Shown here piece after piece: positions 17,511 through 27,438 of a DNA stretch of 64,000 nt. The DNA is from Candidatus Saccharimonadia bacterium. GTDB taxonomy: Bacteria; Patescibacteriota; SICC01. The translations under genes and the position numbers were made by a program. The stretch spans positions 549,136 through 613,135 of the forward strand of contig JANWJF010000001.1 of the NCBI GenBank assembly GCA_025449535.1, given 5' to 3'. The first letter of the stretch is position 1. Every line of letters begins with the position of its first letter. Under the pieces are notes generated by a model that had not been told where the DNA came from, did no database searches, and worked only from the letters and a program-made list of their open reading frames with translations.

Positions 17511-18539
17511 ATGGCAGCGACGCAGAAGATCAGGCTGATCCGGAACCTGGAGGGCGGCGACCTTTTCGAGCTTTTCCTGGTGTCGGCGGCCTCGACCATC
17601 CTGGTCGTCCGGGCGTACCTCAAGCTCGCGGACTATCCCCAGATCGGCGGGGACACCTTGCACATCGCGCATATGCTTCCCGGCGGGATGCTGATGGTGC
17701 TCGGCCTGATCCTGGCCCTCGGGTTCCTGAACAAGGAAGCCCGGACGCTGGCCGCCTTCCTGAGCGGCATCGGGTTCGGCCTGTTTATCGACGAGCTGGG
17801 CAAGTTCATCACCCAGGACAACGATTACTTCTTCCAGCCGACGATCGGCCTGATCTATGTGATCTTCGTCATGCTGTTCCTGCTTGCGAAGTACATCGGC
17901 GATCGCCGGGCGACGGAGCGCGAGAACCTGATTAACGCGATAGAAGCCGCCAAGGAAGTCGCGATCGGCGACTTGGACCGGGTCGAGCAACGGCGGGCGC
18001 TGGCGTATCTGAAGCAAGCGGGGGACGGCGCTATCGGCAAGAGAATCGCCGAGTTGCTCCGTGAGGCGAAGACAAACTCCCGGAACGACGAGAACCCGTA
18101 CCAGCGGATTCGCGGCTGGTTGGCCGAACGGTACGTGGGTTTGGTCGAACGACCTTGGTTCAGCCGCGCCGTCATCGCCTTCTTCGTGCTCGGATCGTCC
18201 GCTTCGCTCGTGTTGTCGGCCTACGACATCGTGGCGCGCCCGGCACAGGTATCCTTCGCCGACAAGGGGGAACTGCTCTTCTCCTCGGTCACGGGGATCC
18301 TGGTGCTGCTCGGGACCTTCCGGTTGCTGCGGCGTTCGCGACTGGCCGGATACCAGACGTTCGAGCGGGCGGTGCTCGTCTTCCTGTTCCTGACCCAGTT
18401 CTTCCTCTTCATCCAGGACGAACTGGCGGCGCTTCCCGGCCTGGCGATAGGGTTGCTGGTCCTATCCGCGCTTCACTACGCCATCCGCCAGGAACGGTAC
18501 GGCCGCAAGGTCACTCGGGCAGCCGGCTCACCCGGATGA
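17511..18539 (+). CDS. Conserved hypothetical multi-pass membrane protein
   Basis: LHIAHMLPGG and GIGFGLFIDELGKF motifs; about seven TM segments. Confidence 0.75.
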   Translation: MAATQKIRLIRNLEGGDLFELFLVSAASTILVVRAYLKLADYPQIGGDTLHIAHMLPGGMLMVLGLILALGFLNKEARTLAAFLSGIGFGLFIDELGKFITQDNDYFFQPTIGLIYVIFVMLFLLAKYIGDRRATERENLINAIEAAKEVAIGDLDRVEQRRALAYLKQAGDGAIGKRIAELLREAKTNSRNDENPYQRIRGWLAERYVGLVERPWFSRAVIAFFVLGSSASLVLSAYDIVARPAQVSFADKGELLFSSVTGILVLLGTFRLLRRSRLAGYQTFERAVLVFLFLTQFFLFIQDELAALPGLAIGLLVLSALHYAIRQERYGRKVTRAAGSPG

Positions 18540-19632
18540 TCCGGTCGTCCCCCTTCTGCGGCTCGCCACGGCCGTCACGGTTGGACGTCAGGATGTAGAG
18601 CGCGCCGTCGGGACCGGTCGCCACGGTCCGGATCCGCCCGAACTCGTCTTTGAACAGCTCCCGGTCATCGGACACGCGGTCATCCTCGATCGTGACTTCG
18701 TGCAGGTGCGCGTCCCGCAGCGCGCCGAAGTACAGCCTGCCGTCCTTGATCGTCAGGGAAGCCGGAGCCCAGGCGACGCTGTTGCCGCTGGAAAGGATCG
18801 GCATACCCAACCCGAAACGGCGTTCGGTGCCGGTAATCAGCGGCCAACCGTAGTTGCCGCCGCGCTCAATCCGGTTCAGCTCGTCGCGGCAGCAGAGCCC
18901 GAACTCTCCGGTCGGGCCGTGCTCGGTCGCGTACAGCCGCCCCTCCGAGTCCCAGGCAAGGCCCTGCGGGTTGCGGTGTCCGAACGACCAGACCAGGTTG
19001 TCGAACGGGTTGTCCGCCGGGACGGACCCGTCCGGGTTCATCCGGAGGATCTTTCCGGCCAGGGAGCCCTGCTCCTGGGCCAGGTCCGGATCCTGCGCGT
19101 CCCCGGTGGTGACGTACAACTTCCGGTCGGGGCCGAACCGCAACCGTCCGCCGTTGTGGTTCGCGTTGCCGGGGATGTCGTCGAGCAGGACGCGTTCGTT
19201 CACGAGCTTGTCGGCGTCATCGAGCCGGTAGCGGACCACCTGGTTGGTCAGGTCGTCGCCCGAACTCTCGCTGGCGTACAGGTAGACGAAGCGGTCCCGC
19301 TCGAAGTCCGGACTGATCGCCATGCCCTGCAGCCCGCCCTCGCCCCTGGCGACGGTCGCCAGGGTGAGCGCCGGTTCACCGCGGAGACGGTCGTTTTCCA
19401 GCACCCGCACTCGCCCGGGCCGTTCGGTCACCAGGGCCTTGGTTTTGGACAGGAACGCGATATCCCACGGGACCTCCAGTCCCCCCGCCACGGTCTCGAT
19501 TGCCGACCCGGACTGGGACACGGAAGTCGGTGAGGGCGCGGTCCGGGGGCGGTCGAACGAGCCGCCCACGACGGCGATCCCGACGGCCACTACGGTCAGC
19601 AGGCAGATCACGGCTATGGCCAGGTTTCGCAT
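18511..19632 (-). CDS. PQQ-dependent sugar dehydrogenase (GSDH family)
   Basis: LEVPWDIAF, HNGGRLRFGPD, LAGKILR, GHRNPQGLAW and GGNYGWP motifs; signal-like N-terminus. Confidence 0.92.
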   Translation of the reverse strand: MRNLAIAVICLLTVVAVGIAVVGGSFDRPRTAPSPTSVSQSGSAIETVAGGLEVPWDIAFLSKTKALVTERPGRVRVLENDRLRGEPALTLATVARGEGGLQGMAISPDFERDRFVYLYASESSGDDLTNQVVRYRLDDADKLVNERVLLDDIPGNANHNGGRLRFGPDRKLYVTTGDAQDPDLAQEQGSLAGKILRMNPDGSVPADNPFDNLVWSFGHRNPQGLAWDSEGRLYATEHGPTGEFGLCCRDELNRIERGGNYGWPLITGTERRFGLGMPILSSGNSVAWAPASLTIKDGRLYFGALRDAHLHEVTIEDDRVSDDRELFKDEFGRIRTVATGPDGALYILTSNRDGRGEPQKGDDRIIRVSRLPE

Positions 19633-19706
19633 ATTAGCCGGTATCTCACTTCTGGACGTGGATTGCAATGGAGCGGGTTCCGAACGTCGCTAGCTATACT
19701 GGCACC

Positions 19707-20417
19707 ATGCGGCTGGGAAAACTCATCGCCACGTCCGGGATGGCTTCGCGACGCCGGGCCGTCGAACTCGTGAAGACGGGTGCGGTCCGGGTGGACGGAC
19801 GGGTCGAACGGGACCCGGCGGTCGACGTGTCTCCGGATGTCACGGTCAGCGTCGAAGGCAAACGTCTGCGTCGCGAACCGCTTCGCCACTACATCCTGCA
19901 CAAGCCGGTCGGCGTCGTCTCCACGGCAGCCGACACCCATGGTCGGCGGACGGTCACCGACCTGGTCCCCGCGGAAACGCGTGTCTATCCGGTCGGTCGA
20001 CTGGATGCCGATTCCTCCGGACTGGTCCTGCTTACGAACGACGGCGACCTGGCGAACCGGCTTACCCATCCGCGGTACGGGATCGCGAAGACCTACCGGG
20101 TGACCTTCGAAGGCATGCTGGACGGGAAGGCCCTGGATCGGCTGCGGCGCGGCATCCGGCTGCGCGAAGGCGATCGTTACGTCGTCACCAAGCCGGCGGA
20201 CGTCCGGGTCGTCCGGTCGGGTCGTGGCAGCACCACCGCCGAATTGACCATCCGGGAAGGACGGAACCGCCAGATCCGGCGGATGGGAGACGCGGTCGGC
20301 CATCCGGTCACGAACCTGGTCCGAATCCGGATGGGGTCGCTGTCCCTGGGTCGCCTGCCGAAAGGCAAGTACCGGACGCTTTCGCCATCCGAACTGAAGG
20401 AGCTACGGAATCTCTGA
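19707..20417 (+). CDS. RsuA/RluB-family pseudouridine synthase
   Basis: S4-like N-terminus, VGRLDADSSGLVLLTNDG, EGRNRQIRRM. Confidence 0.93.
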   Translation: MRLGKLIATSGMASRRRAVELVKTGAVRVDGRVERDPAVDVSPDVTVSVEGKRLRREPLRHYILHKPVGVVSTAADTHGRRTVTDLVPAETRVYPVGRLDADSSGLVLLTNDGDLANRLTHPRYGIAKTYRVTFEGMLDGKALDRLRRGIRLREGDRYVVTKPADVRVVRSGRGSTTAELTIREGRNRQIRRMGDAVGHPVTNLVRIRMGSLSLGRLPKGKYRTLSPSELKELRNL

Positions 20418-20426
20418 CGCGTTCGG

Positions 20427-20891
20427 TTACTCGGTGCGGTACCGGAACGCCAGCGCCAGCCCGCCGAACAGGTAGCCGATCAACAGGCCGGTAATGCCGA
20501 GGGCGTCGACCATGCTCGGATCGATCAGCCGTCCGATGACCTGCACGACGACGATGTACGCCACCAGGGCGAACAAGAGCGAGCTCGAGAGCGCGCCGTA
20601 CCGTCGGATCTTCGGCCAGGCCACCGCCCAGATGATCCCGATGAACGCCCAGACCACGAAGTGGATCGCGGAACCGATCAGCCAGTCGAGGCCGAGCTTA
20701 GGTGACTCGATGGCGTCCGGGCCGAGCACCGACGCGGAGAGGAACGAACCAAAGTCCGCCGCCGACCCGTCGCCCAGCGCGCCGACCAACAACATCCAGG
20801 TCCAGACCACCGCCCCGGCGAACAATCCGGCCAGCAGGCCCCGGTCCAGCTTCGGCACATGCTTACGTTCTACGACGTTCACTTGCGGCAT
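20427..20891 (-). CDS. Hypothetical four-TM membrane protein
   Basis: GLLAGLFAG...GSAIHFVVW hydrophobic helices; TATGAT 6 nt upstream. Confidence 0.7.
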   Translation of the reverse strand: MPQVNVVERKHVPKLDRGLLAGLFAGAVVWTWMLLVGALGDGSAADFGSFLSASVLGPDAIESPKLGLDWLIGSAIHFVVWAFIGIIWAVAWPKIRRYGALSSSLLFALVAYIVVVQVIGRLIDPSMVDALGITGLLIGYLFGGLALAFRYRTE

Positions 20892-20945
20892 ACGGCTATC
20901 ATACTCGATATACTAAAAAATGGTCCCGACTTCGTTTCACAACAC

Positions 20946-21019
20946 GCCGCCTTAGCTCAGTTGGCCAGAGCAGTCCCTTCGTAAGGGAAAGGTCCCCGGT
21001 TCGAATCCGGGAGGCGGCT
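20946..21019 (+). tRNA. tRNA-Thr(CGT)
   Basis: GCCGCCT/AGGCGGC acceptor; TCCC-TTCGTAA-GGGA anticodon arm. Confidence 0.93.
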
Positions 21020-21056
21020 CAAGGAATTCGCAGGATTCCGGAATCAGGTCGATACC

Positions 21057-21734
21057 GTGTCGGATAAGCTCAAACATATCATCAAGGCCCAGCGGATTAC
21101 CGAACGGGTGTTCGAGGACCTACTGAAGGAAATCCATGCCGGCCGGACGGAAATCGAAATCCGTGACCGGCTGCTCGACCTTGCGAAATACCATGGGGCC
21201 AGCGGCCATGCTTTCGATCCTAAAGTGGGGGCGGGCCGTAATGCTGCGGATCCACATGTCGAGCCGACCGACCGGAAGCTTCGCCCCGGTCAGCTCCTCC
21301 TGATCGACATGGGTGCTACCTACGGGGGGTACTGTTCGGATATGACCCGGATGGTCGCGATCGGGAAGCCGTCCAGTGAGGCGAGGAAGGCCTATGGAAT
21401 CGTCCTGCGGGCCCAACAAGCGGCGATCCGAGCCGCGAAGCCCGGGCTGACCGGGAAAGAACTCGACGCGGTCGCGCGGGATGTCATCAGGCGAGCGGGA
21501 TACGGGAAGCGCTTCATACATGCGCTCGGACACGGCATCGGCCGGAAGCTTCACCAGGACCCGCGGTTGACGCCCCTTCGGAAGACGCGGCTCAAGCCCG
21601 GCGACGTCGTCACCGTCGAACCCGGCATCTACGTGCCCGGCCGGTTCGGAGTACGGGTGGAAGACATGCTACTGATCACGCCGCGCGGGAATCGCAACCT
21701 TACTCGTACGCCCAAGAAGCTATGGATCCTGTGA
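21057..21734 (+). CDS. M24 Xaa-Pro aminopeptidase, catalytic domain only
   Basis: IDMGATYGGYCSDMTR, HALGHGIG, TVEPGIY and GVRVED motifs; no N-terminal creatinase domain. Confidence 0.9.
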   Translation: MSDKLKHIIKAQRITERVFEDLLKEIHAGRTEIEIRDRLLDLAKYHGASGHAFDPKVGAGRNAADPHVEPTDRKLRPGQLLLIDMGATYGGYCSDMTRMVAIGKPSSEARKAYGIVLRAQQAAIRAAKPGLTGKELDAVARDVIRRAGYGKRFIHALGHGIGRKLHQDPRLTPLRKTRLKPGDVVTVEPGIYVPGRFGVRVEDMLLITPRGNRNLTRTPKKLWIL

Positions 21735-21749
21735 TACCATTGCACGTTC

Positions 21750-22261
21750 ATGAGATTCGAACGCGGTAACTTCGGCGTCGATACGGTGGATGGACGGGTA
21801 CTGTCCGTCCTGGTCTACACGCAGCCTCAGATGGCGACGAGACTCCTCTGCGAACATATGCGCCGGCCCGGATTCGACCACGCCCTCGCGGAGCAGGTGA
21901 TGCCGTATCTCGACCGGATCAAAAACGACTACATGGTCCGCGAGGTGGTGGAAACAGGAAGGCTTCCGAGGATCCCTGCGTACGCTTGGCGTTCGCTGAT
22001 CAGATCGGCATGGTGGCGCGACGGGACCGGAACGACGCCTACGCCTTGCTCAGTGCGGCGTGCTTGGAAGACCGGTCCGCGATGCCTGACCTGGTCCGGG
22101 CCGGATTGCAGGCGGTCCAGCGGGACGCTCCCGAGGAATACCACTTCCTGGTCAAGAAGGGGCTCCACGAGATGCAGAAGGAGCTCAGGCCGGGCGCGCT
22201 CGCCCGGCGCCAGCGAATCAATCGCCGGTTCCGCCGGGCGCTCGAAGCGATAGGGCAGTAA
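21750..22261 (+). pseudogene. Probable frameshifted helical (HEAT-like) hypothetical gene
   Basis: ORF from 21750 turns R/S/W-rich after about 21960 while the -1 frame continues as a plausible helical protein (SEDPCVRLAFADQIG...EAIGQ*). Confidence 0.5.
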
Positions 22262-22278
22262 GCTAAACTGGACGGTGC

Positions 22279-22349
22279 GCGGGTATCGTATAGTGGCATT
22301 ACGCGTGCTTCCCAAGCACGAAAGAGGAGTTCGATTCTCCTTACCCGCT
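22279..22349 (+). tRNA. tRNA-Gly(CCC)
   Basis: GCGGGTA/TACCCGC acceptor; CGTGC-TTCCCAA-GCACG anticodon arm. Confidence 0.93.
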
Positions 22350-22358
22350 CAACGAACA

Positions 22359-22550
22359 GTGAAAGGTTCCACTGAGAAACTGTTGTCCGCAATGCTTGCC
22401 ATCATCAGGCACAAGCCTGGCATCCGTCCGTCCGAACTGAACCGGCGCTTGGGTCGCGAGCACTCAAACCACTATCGACGGACGCTGATCAAACGAGGAC
22501 TGGTCAGGAAAGAGAAAGACGGTCCAGTCGTGCGGTATTATCCTGAGTGA
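22359..22550 (+). CDS. Small winged-HTH protein
   Basis: IIRHKPGIRPSELNRRLG...TLIKRGLVRKEKDG..VRYYP; start uncertain. Confidence 0.6.
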   Translation: MKGSTEKLLSAMLAIIRHKPGIRPSELNRRLGREHSNHYRRTLIKRGLVRKEKDGPVVRYYPE

Positions 22551-22554
22551 ACGC

Positions 22555-23058
22555 ATGAAAACCGCTCTCATTGTCATAGACGTTCAAAATTACTTCGTGA
22601 ACGATCGCACCGCCAGGGTTCCTGGAAAGATTGCTGACCATATCCGTTTACGAAAACCCGAACTGGCTTTCTTTACCAGGTTCATCAATAAGGAAAGTTC
22701 CCAGTTCGTAAAGATGCTCAACTGGCGCGAGTGCATGAGCAGTCCTGATGTTGACCTCAGTCCAGAAATCAAAGCGTTCGCGGGCGAGCCGAATACTTTT
22801 GACAAGACTGGCTTCTCGATCTTTCGGTCGAAAAGTCTCACGTCTCGTCTAAAAGAAGAGAACGTGACTCATGTACAACTATGCGGCATCGACATTGATG
22901 CTTGCGTGCTGGCATCGGCCTATGAGGCATTCGACCGAGGATATCGCGTAGAGGTGCTAGACGGTATCTCTGGAAGCCACCATGGCGAAGACTTAGGCAG
23001 AGCCGCGGTTGATATCATTAATAGGAACCTGCGATCCAAGAGTGAACCCAGGCAATGA
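22555..23058 (+). CDS. Isochorismatase-family cysteine hydrolase
   Basis: ALIVIDVQNYF, FDKTGFS and GIDIDACV (D-K-C triad). Confidence 0.9.
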   Translation: MKTALIVIDVQNYFVNDRTARVPGKIADHIRLRKPELAFFTRFINKESSQFVKMLNWRECMSSPDVDLSPEIKAFAGEPNTFDKTGFSIFRSKSLTSRLKEENVTHVQLCGIDIDACVLASAYEAFDRGYRVEVLDGISGSHHGEDLGRAAVDIINRNLRSKSEPRQ

Positions 23059-23188
23059 TTCCAACCCGGCAGTCTCTACTATGGGACGCAACGTGTTAAT
23101 TCCTCGGTCTTTTCGATAGTATGCTCAGTTATGACTCACCAAATACGGAGGCCGGGAGAACCGGCCGACGGACGATAATGGAAACAAT

Positions 23189-23836
23189 ATGGCATCCGAA
23201 GTAGCACGCGTAGAAGGCGTCGAACCAGGCGGCAAGAAAGGCGTTCGCGCCTGGCTACGGGAACGTTTTCCTCTGCGCTCGGATCACGAGATGGCTACCG
23301 AGCGAGCGGTCGCGGAAGCGGTGAAGGACTCGGAGTTCGTCGGCCCGTACCCGCGCTCCGTATCCGACGCGGTAATCACCGGCCTTGAGCAGGGCCTTCC
23401 ATTGCCGGACGAAGCCCATCTCAAAGGAAAGCAGGCCACGGGGTTTGCGTGTGAAAGACGTCCGACCATGATCCTGGTCGGAGACCCGCTGGCTCCTAAC
23501 TTGGTGGTCTACCGGATTGAGATCCAAGAGACGGTGGATCGCTGCAAAGAGGTTGAACTGACGATCGCGGGTGAGGGTGACCAACGGCAAGTTGTCGAGG
23601 CGACCGCTTGGTTCGAGCAACACCTTCTCGGTCAGCAACAAGCCGTTCCTCTGGGACTGCCGCTTCCAATGGAGTCCATGGATTTGCTTAAGCTTGCCGC
23701 GGATCTCGAGGGCCGCGTCCGGGATGGGACCTCCATTCCTGTTCAGGGGACGGCTGAACAGAGAGTTAACATCCACCATGTCGCCCCGCGTTTGTCTGCC
23801 GACGGGCCGGAGACGGATGCCAGGTTGGATCCATGA
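23189..23836 (+). CDS. Hypothetical protein
   Basis: 215-aa ORF filling the gap; no motif recognised. Confidence 0.55.
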   Translation: MASEVARVEGVEPGGKKGVRAWLRERFPLRSDHEMATERAVAEAVKDSEFVGPYPRSVSDAVITGLEQGLPLPDEAHLKGKQATGFACERRPTMILVGDPLAPNLVVYRIEIQETVDRCKEVELTIAGEGDQRQVVEATAWFEQHLLGQQQAVPLGLPLPMESMDLLKLAADLEGRVRDGTSIPVQGTAEQRVNIHHVAPRLSADGPETDARLDP

Positions 23837-23858
23837 GTCCGGTGATACAGTAAAGTCG

Positions 23859-24440
23859 ATGTCGCAGTCGACGTTCAATCCCGAGACTACTGCCCAGGCC
23901 GAGAAACGGTTCTGGCGAGCCCACAACGACAAGGATATGCCACGCATCCGTGCCTCGCTGGAACAATGGACCAGCGAACTGTATGGCGTGGACAAGCAGT
24001 CATCCCAGGAAGCGGTAGGTCACTTGTTTGCGGCGGTCGCGTCACACGACAGCCGCGACTGGGGCGCCGCGGTCGAACATGCGGCCGGATACTATCGCGT
24101 CATCCGTGACTCCTCGGCGTTGGACTTTGATCCGCAGACTGCCGGCGAACTCGAGGTCGCCTGGTGGCGCATACATGACGAACTGGAACACGAACCGGAC
24201 AAGACCCGTCTGGTCGAAGCGTTCAGCCGTTTGTACGCGGAACTCTTCGGCATCTCGCCCGTCGCGGCCCGGGAAGCCGGTGTGCTGAAGGCGCAGGCGA
24301 CGGTCGAGCATGACCTGGCAGAGGACCCCGATACCGACCCGGGCACGGTAGACGGGCATTGGGACGCTGCAGCGGGCGCGCTCAAGCAAAGTTACCAAGC
24401 GCTGCGGCGCGTGAGGGCTGAGCCAGGCCGTCCAGCATGA
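23859..24440 (+). CDS. Hypothetical all-alpha protein
   Basis: Internally repeated E-x-x-[FW]WR-x-H motif; TACAGT 7 nt before ATG; ATGA overlap with next gene. Confidence 0.7.
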   Translation: MSQSTFNPETTAQAEKRFWRAHNDKDMPRIRASLEQWTSELYGVDKQSSQEAVGHLFAAVASHDSRDWGAAVEHAAGYYRVIRDSSALDFDPQTAGELEVAWWRIHDELEHEPDKTRLVEAFSRLYAELFGISPVAAREAGVLKAQATVEHDLAEDPDTDPGTVDGHWDAAAGALKQSYQALRRVRAEPGRPA

Positions 24441-25042
24441 CGGACCTCGCTCCGCGGCCTCCGCTCCGCAACCGCTACTATGGGTTCCGGCACGGCCAGA
24501 GCGAGGCGAACGTCCAGGGCATCATCCTGAGCGACCCCGCGATCGGCACCAAGCGGTACGGTTTGACCGACGTCGGCCGGCAGCAGGTGGCGGAGTCGGC
24601 GCGCGCCCATCGTGACGTGCTTGAACGCGCGGTGCTCTACTCGTCCGACTTCCTGCGGACGAAGCAGACGGCGGAAGAGATCGTCTCGGTCGCCGGACTG
24701 TCGACCCCGGTGCGGTACGATATCCGCCTGCGCGAACGCTTCTTCGGGGACTTCGACGGCGGTTCCAACGAGGCGTATCACCTGGCCTGGCAAGGGGACC
24801 GACAGTCGGCGAAACGGACGGAGCACGGCGTGGAATCCGTCACGCACGTCGCCGAACGGATGTCCGCCTTCATCCGGGAGCTCGAAGGGCAGTCGGCGGA
24901 CCGTGACGTCGTGCTCGTCGGGCACGGGGATCCGTTCCAGATCGCGGAAGCCTGGCTGCGGGGCGATGACCTGCGGAACCATACGTCCCATTCCTTCGAG
25001 ACCGGGGAGATGCGGTTGCTGAACCCTGCTGCGTTACACTAA
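24437..25042 (+). CDS. Histidine phosphatase superfamily protein
   Basis: RHGQSEAN, SSDFLRTKQTA, LRERFFG and VGHG motifs. Confidence 0.92.
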   Translation: MTDLAPRPPLRNRYYGFRHGQSEANVQGIILSDPAIGTKRYGLTDVGRQQVAESARAHRDVLERAVLYSSDFLRTKQTAEEIVSVAGLSTPVRYDIRLRERFFGDFDGGSNEAYHLAWQGDRQSAKRTEHGVESVTHVAERMSAFIRELEGQSADRDVVLVGHGDPFQIAEAWLRGDDLRNHTSHSFETGEMRLLNPAALH

Positions 25043-25046
25043 AACC

Positions 25047-26297
25047 ATGCTTCGCAACCATCTCATCTACACCACCTATTGCGACTGGCGTTTGAACATC
25101 AAGAAAGCCGAAGGGAGCCACCTTTGGACCGACGACGGGAAGCAACTCATTGACTTCGCGACGGGGTGGAATGTGGCGAACCTCGGCTGGAATCATCCCG
25201 AGGTGATGGAGGCAGTACTGGGGGTTACGAAGGAAAAGACCTATGGATCGCTCTGGATGGGTAACGCCACACGCGACCAGTATGCCAAGGCACTTACCGA
25301 CGCCCTGCCCGGAGAACTTTCCGCGGTCGGCCCCGCTACCGGCGGCACGGAAGCCAATGAAGAGGCGCTCAAGTCAGCCCGTGCCTTCACCAGGCGCAAG
25401 AAGCTGATCGGCTTAGCGCCCGCGTACCATGGCCAATCGTTCGGCAGCATGGCGATTGGCACACCACCCGAGTACGTTAGTGACATCGGTCCGCTGGTTC
25501 CGGACTTCGTCCAGCTCGATTATCCGGACACGTACCGTTCCAAGCAGTCACCGGAGGAGTTGCTGGAGTCTTTCGTGGAGAAGCTCGAGGAAGTTCTCAA
25601 GAAGGAAGACGTCGCGGCCATGATAACGGAGACAGGCGTCGTTACCGGCGAAGGCAATATGGCGCTCGCGCCACCGGGATACCTTACTCGTGTGCGGGAG
25701 CTTACGAAGAAATACGGAACACTACTTATCGTCGACGAGGTAGGTACCGGCTTCTCCCGGACGGGGAAACTGTTCGGTGTCGAACATGAGAACGTCGAGC
25801 CGGACATCATGACGTTCGCCAAAGGACAGTCCAACGGTGCGGCGCCACTCGGTGCGATGGTGGCCCGGACCGATATCGCGGAACGGATCTACGACAAGGC
25901 GAACATCACCTCGACCTACGGTTGGCTACCGGGGCCCTGCGCTGCCGGACTGAAGACGCTGGAGGTTCACCAGCGCGACAAAGTATGGGAACAGGCGGCG
26001 GAGAACGGGGAGTACCTGGTGAAGTCCTTGCGTGAGCAGTTGGCTGACCATCCGCTGGTAGACGATGTGCGCGGTGTCGGCATGCTGGTCGGCATCGATA
26101 TCGTCAAGGACAAGCAGGACAAGGAGACGCATGCTGAAGCTGGAGCATCCGTCCGGGAGGAGGCGCTAAAGCGAGGGCTGCACGTCCCGCCAGGTATGAC
26201 CGGGACGATCCAACTGATGCCGCCGCTGACGATCGAACGGGACGTGCTCGATGAAGGCATCGAGATTCTCGTCGACGTGATCAAAGAAGCGAAGTAA
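25047..26297 (+). CDS. Class III PLP-dependent aminotransferase
   Basis: GGTEANE, YHG, LIVDEVGTGFSRTG, PDIMTFAKG motifs. Confidence 0.93.
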   Translation: MLRNHLIYTTYCDWRLNIKKAEGSHLWTDDGKQLIDFATGWNVANLGWNHPEVMEAVLGVTKEKTYGSLWMGNATRDQYAKALTDALPGELSAVGPATGGTEANEEALKSARAFTRRKKLIGLAPAYHGQSFGSMAIGTPPEYVSDIGPLVPDFVQLDYPDTYRSKQSPEELLESFVEKLEEVLKKEDVAAMITETGVVTGEGNMALAPPGYLTRVRELTKKYGTLLIVDEVGTGFSRTGKLFGVEHENVEPDIMTFAKGQSNGAAPLGAMVARTDIAERIYDKANITSTYGWLPGPCAAGLKTLEVHQRDKVWEQAAENGEYLVKSLREQLADHPLVDDVRGVGMLVGIDIVKDKQDKETHAEAGASVREEALKRGLHVPPGMTGTIQLMPPLTIERDVLDEGIEILVDVIKEAK

Positions 26298-26373
26298 TCA
26301 GACTACCCCTGGAAAACTGACGTGACCGGGATTGTCTGTTTAGGTAGTAATCGCTTCGTAAAGCCAAGATATT

Positions 26374-26401
26374 TTGACTTTGTAGCGCAGTAAGGTAGAT
26401 T
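26374..26401 (+). promoter_or_regulatory. Candidate sigma70 promoter
   Basis: TTGACT-16nt-TAGATT, about 180 nt upstream of ATG 26584. Confidence 0.5.
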
Positions 26402-26583
26402 GAAGCTTGCTGTTTACTGATGCCAGCAGCTCAAACCGTACAGAGCGAGCTGTTTTTGATTGGCTAGCGGACCTTACCAGCCAGGCCATTTCCAAAATCA
26501 AACTATTTTTCATCTGCCGACCAGCGGATGGATCATTCGGGGTCAGTTCTGGAACTCAAGCAAAGACAGAAGGAGACAGAGGC

Positions 26584-27429
26584 ATGACTAAAAGGATGAA
26601 AGCGAGGGCGACGAGATGCGTCCTAGCGGCTCTCGCAATGGCCACCGCATTGGCCATCATGGCCGGGTCGGCGAGCGCGGCGGTGACCTACACCCCGATC
26701 TATGACAACGTCCCGAGCCCGTTGCCCGGCAACGTGCCGTCGCAGCCGTTCCAGGCGCAACAGGTCTCGGAGTTCGGCGGCCAAGTCGAATTCTCAGGCC
26801 CCAGTGCCAACAACACGAAGGTCACGGTCGCGATGAGCAGCTGGGCCTGTCAGAGCGGGACCTGGCATGAAGGCACGTGTGCAACCACCCTCGGAGCAAA
26901 GTTCTCCTGGCCGGTCACGCTCAAGATCTACCACGCGGAACCGGACAACTCAGTCGGCGCGCAGACCGGAGAACTGACGCAGGCGTTCAACATGCCCTAC
27001 CGACCGTCAGCCAACGTTCCGAAATGCGGGGACGGCAGGTGGTACTACGGCGGGAAATGCTTCAACGGCAAGCTGTTCAAGATCGTCTTCCCACTGAAGG
27101 GCGTCTACTTGCCGAAAAAAGCGATCATCAGCGTCGAGTACAACACGAGTGGCTACGGTCCTGAACCGCAGGGCTATAGCAATCCGTGCAACGAAGCGGT
27201 CAGTGGCTGCTTCTACGACTCGTTGAACGTGGGGCTCACCGGCACGCCGACGGTAGGTGCTGCTCCGCTGCCGAAAGACGCCTACATCAACTCAGCCACG
27301 CCCGGCGTCTACTGTGACGGCGGAACCGGAGGCACAAACGTATTCCGGTTCGACCCGGGTTGCTGGTTCAGTGAAGCAGAAGAAAAAGTGGAAACGTACC
27401 AGCCGAAGTTCGAAGTCACGACCGGCTAA
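26584..27429 (+). CDS. Secreted Cys-rich hypothetical protein
   Basis: Signal peptide ending ASA; paired cysteines; SD AAGGAG upstream. Confidence 0.75.
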   Translation: MTKRMKARATRCVLAALAMATALAIMAGSASAAVTYTPIYDNVPSPLPGNVPSQPFQAQQVSEFGGQVEFSGPSANNTKVTVAMSSWACQSGTWHEGTCATTLGAKFSWPVTLKIYHAEPDNSVGAQTGELTQAFNMPYRPSANVPKCGDGRWYYGGKCFNGKLFKIVFPLKGVYLPKKAIISVEYNTSGYGPEPQGYSNPCNEAVSGCFYDSLNVGLTGTPTVGAAPLPKDAYINSATPGVYCDGGTGGTNVFRFDPGCWFSEAEEKVETYQPKFEVTTG

Positions 27430-27438
27430 CCCCACCAC

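Noticed and set aside
23059-23080. TTCCAACCCGGCAGTCTCT as a possible tRNA 3' fragment closing the tRNA-Gly island
   Set aside because: It does not match the tRNA-Gly(CCC) 3' end or any other tRNA in the window.
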